Source of the DNA: the human T2T-CHM13v2.0 reference genome, Homo sapiens
DNA: 64,000 nucleotides
Strand: one strand, 5' to 3'
Assembly (NCBI RefSeq): GCF_009914755.1
Contig: NC_060946.1
A model generated the notes under the pieces. The model searched no databases and was not told the origin of the DNA. It saw nothing but the letters and a program-made list of their open reading frames with translations. Position numbers and translations under genes: made by a program. Of the stretch, positions 25,301 through 39,700 are shown in pieces (the first letter of the stretch is position 1; every line of letters begins with the position of its first letter).

Positions 25301-28300
25301 GTGAGGGACAATCATTCCGACCCTCGTGGCAGTGTTCTGGAATTTTGTGTGAGGGATAAACATTCAGACCCCAGCGCGAGTGTTCTGGAATCCCACGTGA
25401 GTGACAAGCATTCAAAAAATCTTAGCAGTGTTCTGGAATCCTATATGAGAGACAAACTTTCAGACCCTCGTAGCAGTATTCTGGAATCCTATGTGGGGGC
25501 AAACATTCAATCATAGCAGTGTTCAGGAATCCTATGTGAGGGACAAACATTTAGACTGTCGTAGCAGTGTTCTGGAATCCTACGTGAGGGACAAGCATTG
25601 AGACAATCGTGGCAGTGTTCTGGGATCCTATGTGAGGGACAAACATTCAGACAATTGTAGCAGGGTTCTGGAATCCTATGTGAGGGACAAACATTCAAAA
25701 AACAGAGAGAGTGTTCTGGAACCCTATGTTACGGACAAACATTCAGACAATCGTAGCAGGGTTCTGGAATCCTATGTGAGGGACAAACATTCAAAAAACA
25801 GAGAGATTGTTCTGGAACCCTATGTTACAGACAAACATTGAGACCATCGTTGCAGTGTTCTGGAATTCCCTGTGAGGGACAAAAACTCGGAACCCAGCGG
25901 CAGTGTTCTGGAATTCCCTGTGAGGGACAAAAACTCGGAACCCAGCGGCAGTGTTCTGGAATCCTATGTGAGGGACAAACATTCAGACTCCAGCAGCAGT
26001 GTTCTGGAATCCCATGTGAGGGACAATCATTCAGACCATCATAGCCGTGTTTTGGAATTCTGTGTGAGGGGCAAACATTCAGACCGTCGTAACAGTGTTC
26101 TGCAATCCTGTGTGAGGGAAAAACATTCCGACCACAGCAAGAGTGTTCTGGAATCCCCTGTGAGGAACAAACATTCCGACCCTCATAGCAGTGTACTGGA
26201 ATCTTATCTGATGGACAAATATTTAGAACCCAGCAGCAGTGTTCTGGAATCCTATGTGAGTGACAAACACTCAAAACATAGCAGGAGTGTTTTAGAATAC
26301 TATGTGAGGGATAAACAATCTGACCTTCACAACAGTGTTCTGGAATCCTGAGTGAGGGATAAACATTCAGACCCTGATAGCAGTGTTCTGGAATCCTATG
26401 TGAGGGACAAACATTCAGACCACAGCAGGACTGTTTTGGAATTCCCTTTGAGAAACAAACTTTTAGACCCTCATAGCTGTGTTCTGCAATCCTGTGTGTG
26501 GGACAAAATTTCAAAACCTCGTAGCAGTGTTCTGGAATCCTATGTGAGGTACAAACATTCAGACAATCGTAGCAGTGTTCTGGAATCCCATGTGAGGGAC
26601 AAACATGCAGACCCTCGTAAGAGTGTTCTGGAATCCTATGTGAGAGACAAACATTCAGACAATCGTAGCAGTGTTCTGGAATCCAATGTTAGTGACAAAG
26701 TTTCAGACCCCAGCAGCAGTGTTCTGGAATCCTATTTGAGGGACAACCATTCAGACACTTTCAGCAGTGTTCCAGAATCCTGTGTCAGGGACAAACATTT
26801 TGACCACTGCAGGACTCTTCTGGAATCCCTTGTGGGGAACAAACATTCAGACCCTCGTAGGTGTGTTCTGTAATCCTATGTGACTGACACACATTTAGAC
26901 CACAGCAGCAGTGTTCTGGAATCCCATGTGAGGGACAAACATTCAGACACTCGTAGCAATGTTCTGGAGTCCTGTGTGAGGGACAAAAATTCAGGCCACA
27001 ACAAGAGTGTATTGGAATCCCCTGTGAGGAACAAACATTTTGAACCTCCTAGCAGTGTCTGGAATATTATCTGACGGACAAACATTTAGACCCCAGCAGC
27101 AGTATTATAGAATCTCATGTGAGGGACAATATTTCAGAACGTCATAGCAGTGTTCTGGAATATTATATGAGTGAAAAATATTCAAACATCCTCGGGAGTG
27201 TTCTGGAATCTTATGTCACGGACAAGCATTCAGACCCTCGTCGCAGTGTTCTGGAATTCTATGTGAGGGAGAAACACTCAGAACCCAGCAGCAGTGTTCT
27301 GGAATCCTATGTGAAGGACATACATGTAGACCATAGCAGCAGTGCTCTGGAATCCTTTGTGACAGACAAACATTCAGACCCCAGCAGCAGTGTTCTGGAA
27401 TCCTGTGTGAGGGACAAACATTCAGACCCCAGCTGCAGTGTTCTGGTATCCTATGTGATGGACAGTCATAAAGACCCTCGTAGCAGTGTTCTGGAATTCT
27501 TTGTGAGGGACAAACATTCAGACATTCATAGCAGTGATGTGGAATCCCATGTGAGTGACAAACATTCAGACCACAGCAGAAGTGTTCTGGAATCCCCTGT
27601 GAGGAACAAACATTCAGACTCTCGTAGTAGTGTTCTGGAATCCTATTTGAAGGACAAACATTTAGGCCCCAGCAGCAGGGTCCTTGAATCCTATGTGAGG
27701 GACAAATATTCAGACCCTGGTAGCACTGTTCTGGCTTTCTTTCTGAGGGACAAACATTCAGTCCACAGCAGGAGTGTTCTGGAATCCTAAGTGAGGGACA
27801 AACATTCACACCCTCGTAGCAGTGTTCTGGAATCCTATGTGAGGGACAAACATTCAAATAAATACTTGAGTGTTTTTGAATCCTATGTTACGGACAAACA
27901 TTCAAACCCTCGTCGCAGTGTTCTGGAATTGTTTGTGAGTGAGAAACACTCAGAAACCAGCAGCAGTGTTCTGGAATCCTATGTTTCGGACATAAATGTA
28001 GACCCCAGCAGCAGTGTTCTGGAATCCTAAGTGAGGGACAAACATTCAGACCCTAGCAGCAGCATTCTGGAATCCTATTGAGGGACAAAAATTCTGACCC
28101 TCATCTCAGTGGTCTGGAATTCTAGGTGAGGAAGAAACTCAGACAATCGTAGCAGTGTTCTGGAATCCTATGTGAGGGGCAAACATTCAAACAACAGCGG
28201 GAGTGCTCTTGAATCATATGTTATGGACAAACACTCAGACCCTCGTAGCAGTGTTCTGGAATCCTATGAGAGGGACAAACATTCAGACCCTCCAGGTTTG

Positions 28301-30561
28301 TTCTGGAATCCTATGTGAGGGACAAATATTAAGAAAATCGTAACATTGTACTGGAATCCTGTGTGAGGGACAAACATTCAGTCCCCATTAGCAGTGTTCT
28401 GGATTCCTATGTGAGGGACAAACATTCCCACAACAGCGGGAGTGTTCTGTAATCCTATGTTACGGACAAACATTCAGACCCTCATCGCAGTGTTCTGGAA
28501 TCCTATGTGAGGGAGAAACACTTAGAAACCAGCTGCAGTGTTCTGGAATCTTATGGGATGGACACACATGTAGACCCCAGCAGCATTGTTCTGGAATCCT
28601 GTGAGACGGACAAACATTCAGACCCCAGCAGCAGTGTTCTGGAATCCTAGAGTAGGGATAATCATTAAGATCCTGGCTGCAGTGTTCTGCAATTCTGTGT
28701 GAGGGACAAACATTCAGAGCCTCATAGGAGTGTTCTGGAATCCTATGTGATTGACAAACATTCAGACCACAGCAGGAGTGTTCTCGAATCCCCTGTGAGG
28801 AACAAATATTCAGACCCTCGTGGCAGTGTTCTGTAATCCTATGTGAGGGACCAACATTTAGACCACAGCAGCAGTGTTCTGGAATCCTATGTGAGGGACA
28901 AACATTCAAACAACAGCGGGAGTGTCCTTGAATCATATGTTACGGACAAACATTCAGACCCGCGTAGCAGTGTTCTGGAATCCTTTGAGAGGGACAAACA
29001 TTCAAACAACTGCGGGAGTGTTCTGTAATCCTATGTTATGGACAAATATTAATATAATCGTAACATTGTTCTGGAATCCTGCGTGAGGGACAAACATTCA
29101 GTCCCCATTAGCAGTGTTCTGGATTCCTATGTGAGGGACAAACATTCAAACAACTGTGGGAGTGTTCTGTAATCCTATGTTATGGACAAATATCAGACCC
29201 TTGTCGCAGTGTTCTGGAATTCTATGTGAGGGAGAAACATTTAGAAACCAGCAGCACTGTTCTGGAATCCTATGGGATGGACACACATGTAGACCCCAGC
29301 AGCATTATTCTGGAATCCTATGAGACAGACAAACATTCAGACCCTAGCAACAGTGTTCTGGAATCCTAGAATAGGGATAATCATTCAGACCCTGGTAGCA
29401 GTATTCTGGAATTCTGTGTGAGGAACAAACATTCAGAGCCTCATAGCAGTGTTCTGGAATCCTATGTGATTGACAAACATTCAGACAACAGCAGGAGTGT
29501 TCTGGAATCATCTGTGAGGAACAAACATTCAGACAACAGAAAGAGTGTTCTGGAATCATCTGTGAGGAACAAACATTCAGACCCTCTTAGCAGTGTTCTG
29601 TAATCCTATGTGAAATCATCCTATGTGACAGACAAACATTTAGACCCCAGCAGCAGTGTTCTGGAATCCTATGTGAGGTAGAAACATTCAGACCCTCATA
29701 GCAGTGTTCTGGAATCCTACATGAGCGACAAACACACTGAAACCAGCAGCAGTGTTCTGGAACCCTATGTGAGGGATAAACATTCAGACCATGCCAGGAT
29801 TGTTCTGGAAACCTATGTGAGGGACCAACACTCCGAACCCAGCAGAAAGGTTTTGAAATCCTGTGTGAGGGACAAACGTTTAGACTCTCGTAGCAGTGTT
29901 CTGGAATCATATGTGAGGGACAAATATACAGACCATAGCAGGAGTGTTCTGGAATCCTATGTGAGGGACAAACATTCAGACCCTCATAGCAGTGATCTGG
30001 AATTCTATGTGAGGGACAAACATTCAGACATTGGTAGCATTGTTCTGGAATCCAATGTGAGGGACAAACATTCTGACCCTCATAGCAGTGTACCAGAATC
30101 CTGTGTTAGGAACGAACATTCAGACCACAGCATTAGTGTTCTGGAATCCCCTGTGAGGAACAAACATACAGACCCTCGTAGTAGTGTTCTGGAATCCTAT
30201 GTGACGGCCAAATATTTATACCCCAGGAGCAGTGTTCTGGAATCCTCAGTGAGGAAAACCATTCAGAATCTTGTAGCAGTTTTGTGGAATCCTATGTGAG
30301 GGACAAACATTCAGACCACAGCGGGATTGTTCTGGAATGATATGTGAGGGACAAACACTAAGAAAATAACAGGAATGTTTTGGAATCCTATGTGAGTGAC
30401 AAAAATTCAGACCCTCGTAGTAGTGTTCTGGAATCGTATGTGAGGGACAAGCATTCAGACCACAGCAGGAGTGTTCTGGAATCCTATGGGAGGGACATAC
30501 ATTCAAACCCTAGTTAGCAGTGTTCTGGAATCCTATGTGAGGGAAAAGCATTCAGAGTTTT

Positions 30562-31548
30562 GTAGCAGTGTTCTGGAATCCTATGTGAGGGACAAACATT
30601 CAGACCCTCAAAGGAGTATTCTGGAATCCTATGTGAGGGACAAACATTGAGATAATCATAGCAGTGTGCTGGAATCCTATGTGAGGGACAAACATTCAGA
30701 CCCCAGCAGCAGTGTTCTGGAATCCTATGTGAGTGATAAACATTCAAACAACAGCGGGAGTGTTCCATAATCCTATGTTACAGACAAATATTCACACCGT
30801 CTTCACAGTGTTCTTGAATCCTATGTGAGGGACAAACACTCAGAAATGAGCAGCAGTGTTCTGGAACCCTGTGTGAGGGTCAAAATTTCAGACCACAGCA
30901 GGATTGTTCTGTAATCCTATGTTACGGACAAACATTTAGACCTCAGCAGGAGTGTTCTGGAATTCTATGCGAGGCACAGTCATTCGTACCCTCGTAACAG
31001 TGTTCTGGAATTCTGTGTGAGGGACAAGCATTCAGAACGTCGTAGCAGTGTTCTGGAATCCTATGTGAGGGACAAACATTCAGACCCTCAAAGGAGTATT
31101 CTGGAATCCTATGTGAGGGACAAACATTGAGATAATCATAGCAGTGTGCTGGAATCCTATGTGAGGGACAAACATTCAGACCCCAGCAGCAGTGTTCTGG
31201 AATCCTATGTGAGTGATAAACATTCAAACAACAGCGGGAGTGTTCCATAATCCTATGTTACAGACAAATATTCACACCGTCTTCACAGTGTTCTTGAATC
31301 CTATGTGAGGGACAAACACTCAGAAATGAGCAGCAGTGTTCTGGAACCCTGTGTGAGGGTCAAAATTTCAGACCACAGCAGGATTGTTCTGTAATCCTAT
31401 GTTACGGACAAACATTTAGACCTCAGCAGGAGTGTTCTGGAATTCTATGCGAGGCACAGTCATTCGTACCCTCGTAACAGTGTTCTGGAATTCTGTGTGA
31501 GGGACAAGCATTCAGAACGTCGTAGCAGTGTTCTGGAATCCTATGTGA
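30562..31548. repeat. Perfect 480-bp (10-monomer) tandem duplication within CER
   Basis: Lines 30601-31020 read identically to 31081-31500. Confidence 0.92.
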
Positions 31549-34500
31549 AGGACAACCATTCAGACCACAGGAAGAGTGCTCTGGAATCCCCAGTGAGGAA
31601 CAAACATTCAGACACTAGTAAAAGTGTTCTGGAATCCTATGTGACAGACAAACATTCAGACCCCAGCAGCAGTGTTCTGGAGTTTTATGTGAGGGAAAAA
31701 CGTTCAGACAATCATAGCAGAATTCTGGAATCCTATGTGAGGGACAAACATTCAGACCTCAGCTGCTGCGTTCTGGAATCCTATGTGAGGGACAAACATT
31801 CATACAACAGTGGGAGTGTTCTGGAATCCTATGTTACAGGCAAATATTCAGACCCTCGTCCGAGTGTTCTGGAATTCTATGTGAGGGAGAAACATTCAGA
31901 ACCCACCAGCATTGTTCTGGAATCCTATGTGACGGACAGACATGCAGACCCCAGCAGCATTGTTCTGGAATCCTATGTGACGGTCAGACATGTAGACCCC
32001 AGCAGCATTGTTCTGGACTCCTATGTGAGGGATGATCATTCAGACCCTCGTTGCAGTGTTTTGGAATTCTGTGTGAGTGAGAAACATTCAGACCCTTGTA
32101 GAAGTGTTCTGGAGCCCTGTGTGAGGGACAAACATTCAGACCACAGCAGGAGTGTTCTGGAATCCACCGTGAGGAACAAACATTCCGACCCTCGTAGCAG
32201 TGTTCTGGAATCCTAAGTGATGGATAAACATTTAGACCCAGTAGCAGTGTTCTGGAATCCCCAGTGAGGAACAAACATTCAGACAATCGTAGCAGTTTTC
32301 TGGTATTCTATGTGAGGGACAAACATTCAGACCCCAGCAGCAGTGTTCTGGAATCCTATGTGTGGGACATACATTCAGACCCTCGTAGGAATGTTCTGGA
32401 ATCCTTTGTGAGGGACATGTATTAAGATAATCATAGCAGTGTTCCAGAATCCTATGTGAGGGACAAACATTCAGACCCCAGGAGCAGTGTTCTGGAATCC
32501 TATGTGAGGGAGAAACATTCAACCAACAGCGGGAGTGTTCTGAAATCCTATGTTAAGGACAAACATTCAGACCCTAGTTGCAGTGTTCTAGAATTCTATG
32601 TGAGGGAGAAACACTCAGAAACCTGCAGCAGTGTTCTGGAATCTAGGTGACGCCCATAAATCTACACCCCAGCAGCAGTGTGGTGGAATCCTATATGATG
32701 GACAAACATCCAGAACCCAGCAGCAGTGTTCTGGAATCCTATGTGAGGTACAAACATTCAGACCCCAGCAGCAGTGTTCTGGAATCCTATGAGAGGGACA
32801 ATCATTCAGACCCTTGTAGCAGTATTGTGGAATTCTGTGTGAGGGATAAACATCCAGAAACTCATAGCAGTGTTCTGGAATGCTCTGTGAGGTACAAACA
32901 TTCAGACCCTCGTAGCAGTGTTCTGGAATACTACGTGAGGGACAAACATTGAGACCTCATAGCAGTGTTCTGGAATCCTATGTGACAGACAAACATTTAG
33001 ATGGCAGCAGCAGTGTTCTGGAATCCTATGTGAGGTACAAACATTCAGAACACTGCAGAAGTGTTCTGGAATCTCCTGTGAGGAAGAAACTTTTAGACCC
33101 TCATAAAAGTGGTCTGGATTCCGATGTGATGGACAAACATTTAGACCCCAGCAGCAGTGTTCTGGAATCCTATGTGAGAGACAAACATTCAGAACCTCGT
33201 AGCAGTGTTCTGGAATCCTATGTGAGGGACAAACCCTCAGAACTCAGCAACTGTATTCTGGAATCCTATGGAGGGACAAACACTGAGACCACAGCAAGAT
33301 TGTTCTGAAATCCTATGTGGGGGACAAACACTTCGAACACTGCAGGAGTGTTTTGGAATCCTATGTGAGGGACAAACATTCAGAGCCTCGTAGCAGTGTT
33401 CTGGAATCCTATGTGAGGGAAAAACTATCAGACCACAGCAGGAGTGTTCAGGAATCCTATGTGAGGGACTAACATTTAGATAATCAAAGCCGTGTTCTGG
33501 AATCCTATGTGAGAGGCAAACATTCATACACTCATAGCAGTGTTCTGCAATCCTATGTGAGGGACAAATATTCAGATCATCCTAGCAGTGTTCTGGAATC
33601 CTATGTGAGGGACAAATATTCAGATCATCCTAGCATTGTTCTGGAATCCTATGTGAGGGACAAAAATGCAGACAGTCGTAGCAGTGTTCTGGAATCCTAT
33701 GTGAGGGACAAAAATGCAGACAATCGTAGCAGTGTTCTGTAATCCTATGGGAGGGACAAAAATTCAGAGCCTCCCAGCAGTGTTCTGGAATCCTATGTGA
33801 GGGTCAGACATTCAGACAATCGTAGAGTGTTCTGGAATCCTATGGGAGGGATAAACATTCAAAAAACAGCGAGAGCGTCTGACATCCTACGTTTCGGACA
33901 AACATGCATACCCTCGTCGCAGTGTTCTGGAATTTATGTGAGGGAGAGACACACAGAACCCAGCAGCAGTGTTCTGGATTCCTATGTGACGGACATACAT
34001 GTAGACCCCAGCAGCAGCGTTCTGGAATCCTATGTGAGGGAAAAACATTCAGGCACCAGCAGCAGAGTTCTGGAATCCTATATGAAGGACAATCATTCAG
34101 ACCCTCGTAACAGTGTTCTGGAATTCTGTGTGAGGGACAAACATTCAGACCACAGCAGGACTATTCTGGAATCCCCAGTGAGGAAGAAACATTCAGACCC
34201 TCGTAGCACTGTTCTTGAATCCTGTGTGATGGACAAACATTTAGACCCCAGCAGCGGTGTTCTGGAATCCTATGTGTGGGACCGTCATTCAGAACCTCGT
34301 AGCGTGTTCTGGAATCTGGTGTGATGCAGAAACATTCAGATCACAACAGTAGTGTTCTGGATCTGATGTGTCTACAAACACTCAGAACACAGCAGGAGTG
34401 TTTTGGAATCCTATATGAGGGAAAAACATTCAGACCCTCGTAGCAGTGTTCTGGAATCCTATCTAAGGGACAAACATTCAGACAATCATAGGAGTGTTCT

Positions 34501-36662
34501 GGAATCCGATGTGAGGGACAAACATTCAGACTCTTGTATCAGTGTTCTGAAATCCTACGTGAAAGACAAACATTCAAACAATCGCAGCAGTGTTCTGGAA
34601 TCCTATGTGAGGGACAAATATTCAGACCCTCGTAGCAGTGTACTGGAATCCTATGTGAGGGACAAACTTTCAGACCAGAGCAGCAGTGTCCTTGAATCCT
34701 GTGTGAGGGACAAATATTGAGATCCCAGCAGGAGTGTTCTGGAATCTTTTGTTAATGAGAAACATTCAGACTACAGCAGGAGTGTTCTGGAATCCTATGG
34801 GAGCAACAAACATTCAGACCCCAGCACCAGTGTTCTTTTGTCCTATGTGAGAAACAAAAATTCAGATGCTCGCAGCAGTGTTCTGAAATCCTATGTGAGG
34901 GAAAAACATTCAGAACCTCGTAGCAGTGTTTTGGAATCCTATGGGAGGACAAAAAATCAGACACTCCTACTAGTGCTCTGGAAACCTATGTGAGGGACAA
35001 ACATTCAGACCACAGCAGGAGTGTTCTGGAATCGCCTGTGAGGGAGAAACATTCAGACCCTCATAGCTGTGTTCTGGAATCCAATGTGACGGACAAAGAT
35101 TTAGACCCCAGCAGCAGTGTTCTGGAATCCTATGTGATGGACAGACATTCAGACAATCGTAGCAGTGTTCTGGAATCCTATGTGAGGGACAAACATTCAG
35201 AACCCAGCAGCAGTGTTCTGGAATCCTATGTGAGGAACAAACATTCAAACAAACAACAGCGGGAGTGTTCGGGAATCTTATGTTACGGACAAACATTCAG
35301 ACCATCATTGCAGTTTTCCGGAATTCTATGTGACGGAGAAAGACTCAGAACTCCGCAGCAGTGTTCTGGTATTCTATGCGATGGACATACATGCAGACCT
35401 CAGCAGCAGTGTTCTGGACTCGTATGTGAGGGACAAACATTCAGACCCCAGCAGCAGTCTTCTGAAATCCTACATGAGAGACAATCATTCAGCCCCTCGT
35501 TGCATTGTTCTGGAATTCTGTGTGAGGGAAAAACTTTCAGACAATCATGGCAGTGTTCCAGAATCCTACGTGAGGGTCAAACTTTCAGAACACAGAAGTA
35601 GTGATCTGGAATCCCCTGTGAGGAATAAACATTCAGAACCCTGTAGCAGTAACCTGGAATCCGATGTGACGGACAAACCTTTAGACCCCAGCAGCATTGA
35701 TCTGGAATCCTATTTGAGGGACAATCATTCAGACCCTCTCAGCAGTATTCTGTCATCCTATGTGCGGGAGAAACATTCAGACCAGAGTGGGGGTGTTCTG
35801 TAATAATATGTGACAAACATTTCGATCCTCACAGAAGTGTTCTGGAATATTATATGAGGGACAAAGGTTCAGACAATTGTAGCAGTGTTCTGGAATCCTA
35901 CGTGAGGGACAAACATTCAGAACCTAGAAGCAGTGTTCTAGAATCCTATATGAGGGACAAACGTTCAAACAACAGCGGGAGTGTTCTGGAGTCCTATGTT
36001 ATGGACAAACATTCAGACCCTAGCAGAAGTGTTCTGGAATCCCATGTGACAGACAAACACTCAAACAAGAGCGGGAGTGGTCTGGAATCCTAAGTTAGGA
36101 TCATACATTCAGACCCCCGTTGCAGTGTTCTGGAATTCTATGTGTGGGAGAAACACTCAGAACCAGCAGCAGTGTTCTGGCATCCAATGTGAGGGACACA
36201 CGAGTAGACTGCAGCAGCAGTGTTCTGGAATCCTATGTGAGGGACAAACATTCAGACCCCAGCAGCAGTGTTCTGGAATACTATATGAGGCACATTCATT
36301 CAGACCCTCGTTGCAGTGATCTGGAATCCTATGTGAGGGACAAACAGAACACAGCAGGAGTGTTTTGGAATCCCCTGTGAGGAACAAATATTCAGACCCT
36401 CGTCGCAGTGTTCTGGAATCCGATGTGAGGGACCAACAATCAGACAATCGTAGAAGTGTTCTGAAATCCTATCTGAGGGACAAACATTCAGACCCTTGTA
36501 GCAGTGTTCTGGAATCCTATGTGAGGGAGAAACATTCAGACAACCGTAGAACTGTTCTGGAATGTGAGTGACAAATATTCAGTCCCCAGCAGCAGTGTTC
36601 TGGAATCTTATGTGAGGGAAAAACATTCAAAAAACAGCGGAAGTGTTCTGGAATCCTACGTT

Positions 36663-36729
36663 AGAAACATAAATTCCAAGTATAATAATAATAAACGAAA
36701 TAATATAACATAAAAAGAAACATACATTC
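36663..36729 (+). mobile_element. Extremely 5'-truncated L1 insertion (last few nt of 3'UTR plus A-rich tail) with 14-bp TSD
   Basis: TSDs agaaacataaattc (36663-36676) and agaaacatacattc (36716-36729) flank 'caagtataataataataaacgaaataatataacataaaa'. Target site is TT/AGAA. Confidence 0.75.
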
Positions 36730-39700
36730 AGACCCTCGATGCAGTGTTCTGGAATCTATGTGAGGGAGAAACACTCAGAACCCGGCCTCAGTGTTCTGGA
36801 ATCCGATGTGAAAGACATACACATAGACTCCTGCAGCAGTGTTCTGGAGTCCTATGTGGGGGACAAACATTAAGACCCCAGAAGCAGTGTTCTGGAATCC
36901 TACGTGAGGGACAGTCAATCAGACCCTCGTAGTAGTGTTCTGGAATTCTGTGTGAGGGACAAACATTCAGACCCTCCTTGCAGTTTTCTGGAATTCAATG
37001 TGAGGGACAAACTTTCAGACCACAGCAGGGGTGTTGTGGAATCCCCGGTGAGGAACAAACATTGAGACACTCGTAGCAGTGTTCAGGAATCCTATGTGAT
37101 GGACAATCATTTAAACCCCAGCAGCAGTGTTCTGGAATCCTATGTGAGAGAGAAACATTCAGACACTCGTAGCAGTGTTCTGGAATCCTATGTGAGGGAC
37201 AAACACTCAGAACCCAGCTGCAGTGTTCTGGAACACTATGTTAGGGACAAACATTCAGACCACAGCAGGATTGTTCTGGAATTCTATGTGAGGGACACAC
37301 ATTCAGAAAACAGCAGGAGTGTTTTGGAATCCAACTTGGAGGACAAATATTCAGACCCTCGTAGCAGTGTTCTGGAATCCTATGTGAGGAGCAAACATTC
37401 ACATAATCGTAGCAGTGTTCTGGAATCCTATGTGAGGGACAAACATTCAGAACTTCATAACAGTGTTCTTAAATCCAATGTGAGGGACAAACATTCAGAC
37501 TGTCGTAGCGGTGTTCTGGAATCCTATGTGAGAGACAAACCCTCAGAACACAGCAAGAGTGTTTTGGAATCCTATGTGAGAGACAAATATTCAGATCCTC
37601 ATAGCAGTGTTCTGGAATCCTATGTTAGGGACAAACATTCAGACTATCGTAGCAGTGTTCTGGAATCCTATGTGAGGGACAAATATTAAGACTATCATAG
37701 CAGTGTTCTGGAATCCTATGGGAAGGACAATCATTCAGACCCTCGTACCACTGTTCTGTAATTCCGTGTGAGGGACAAAGCTTTAAACCAAAGAAGGAGT
37801 GTTCTGGAATCCCCTGTGAGGAACAAACATTCAGACCCTCGTATCAGGGTTCTGGAATCCTATTTGACAGAGAAACATATAGACCCCAGCAACAGAGTTC
37901 TGGGGTCCAATGTGAGAAAAAAACAATCAGACCCTCGTAGCAGTGTTCTGGAATCCTATGTGGGGGACAAACATTCAGAGAATCGTAGCAGTTTTCTGGA
38001 ATGCAATGTGAGGGAAAAACATTCAGACCCCTGTTGCAGTGTTCTGGAAACCTATGTGAGGGACACACATTCAGACCACTGCATGATTGATCTGGAATCC
38101 TATGTGAAGGACAAACACTCAGAACACAGCAGGAGTGTTTTGGAATCCTATGTGAGGGACAAACATTCAGAACCTCTTAGCAGTGTTCTGGAAACCTATG
38201 TGAGGGACACACATTCAGACCACTGTATGATTGATCTGGAATCCTATGTGAAGGACAAACACTCAGAACACAGCAGGAGTGTTTTGGAATCCTATGTGAG
38301 GGACAAACATTCAGACCCTCTTAGCAGTGTTCTGGAATCCTATGCGAGGGACAAACATTGAAACAATAACTGGAGTGTTCTGAAATCCTATGTTATGGAC
38401 AAACATTCAGATCCTCATTGCATTGTTATGGAATTCTATGTGAGGGAGAAACACTCAGAAACTAACAGCAGTTTTCTGGCATCCTATGTGACAGACAAAC
38501 TTTTAGACCCCAGCAGCAGTGTTCTGGAATCCTACCTGAGGGACAAACTTTGAGACCCCAGCAACAGTGTTGTTGAATCCTATGTGAGGGACAAAAATTA
38601 AGACCCCGGTAGGAGTGTTCTGGAATCTTTTGTGAAAGACAAACATTCAGACACAGCAGGAGTGTTCTGGAATTGTATGTTAGCAACAAACATTCGCATT
38701 CTAGCAGCAGAGTTCTTTGGTCCTATGTGAGGCACAAACTTCCAGACGCTCGTAGCAGTTTTCTGGAATATTATGTGATGGAAAAACATTCAGAATCTCA
38801 TAGCAGTGCTTTGGAATCCTATGTGAGCACAAACATTCGGACTCCAGCAGCAGTGTTCTGGAATCCTATTTGAGGCACAAACATTCAGACCCTCGTAGCA
38901 GTGTTCTGGAATGCTATGTGATGGAGATCCATTCATACTACAGCAGCAGAGTTCTGGAATCTTGTGTGAGGGACAGACATTCAGACCACAGCCGGAGTGC
39001 TATGGAATCCTATATTAGGGACAAACATTCAGACCCTTGTAACAGTTTTCTGAAACCCTATGTGAGAGAGAAACATTCGGACCTCAGCAGCAGCGTTCTA
39101 GAATCCTATATGAGGCACATTCATTCAGACCCTCGTTGCAGTGATCTGGAATCGTATGTGAGGGACAAACACTCAGAACACAGCAGGAGTGTTTTGGAAT
39201 CCCCTGTGAGGAACAAACATTCAGACCCTCATAACAATGTTCTGGAATCCTATGCGAGGGACCTACATTCAGACAATCGTAGAAGTGTTCTGGAATCCTA
39301 TGTGAGGGACAAACATTCAGACCCTGGTAGAAGTGTTCTGGAATCCTATGTGAGGGACAAACATTCAGAAAACCGTAGCAGTGTTCTGGAATCCTATGTG
39401 AGGGACAAACATTCAAACAACAGCGGGAGTGTTCTGGAATCCTATGTTAGGAACGTATATTCAAACCGTCGTTACAGTGTTCTGGAATTCTAAGTGAGGG
39501 ACAAACACTCAGAACCCAGCTGCAGTCTTCTGGAACCCTGTTTGAGAGACCAACATTCAGACAATCGTAGAAGTGTTCTGGAATCCTATGTGAGGGACAG
39601 TCATTCAAACACTCGTAGCAGTGTTCTGGAATCCTATGTGAAGTACAAATACTCAGAACCCAGCAACAGTGTTCTGGAACCCTATGTGAGATACAAACAT

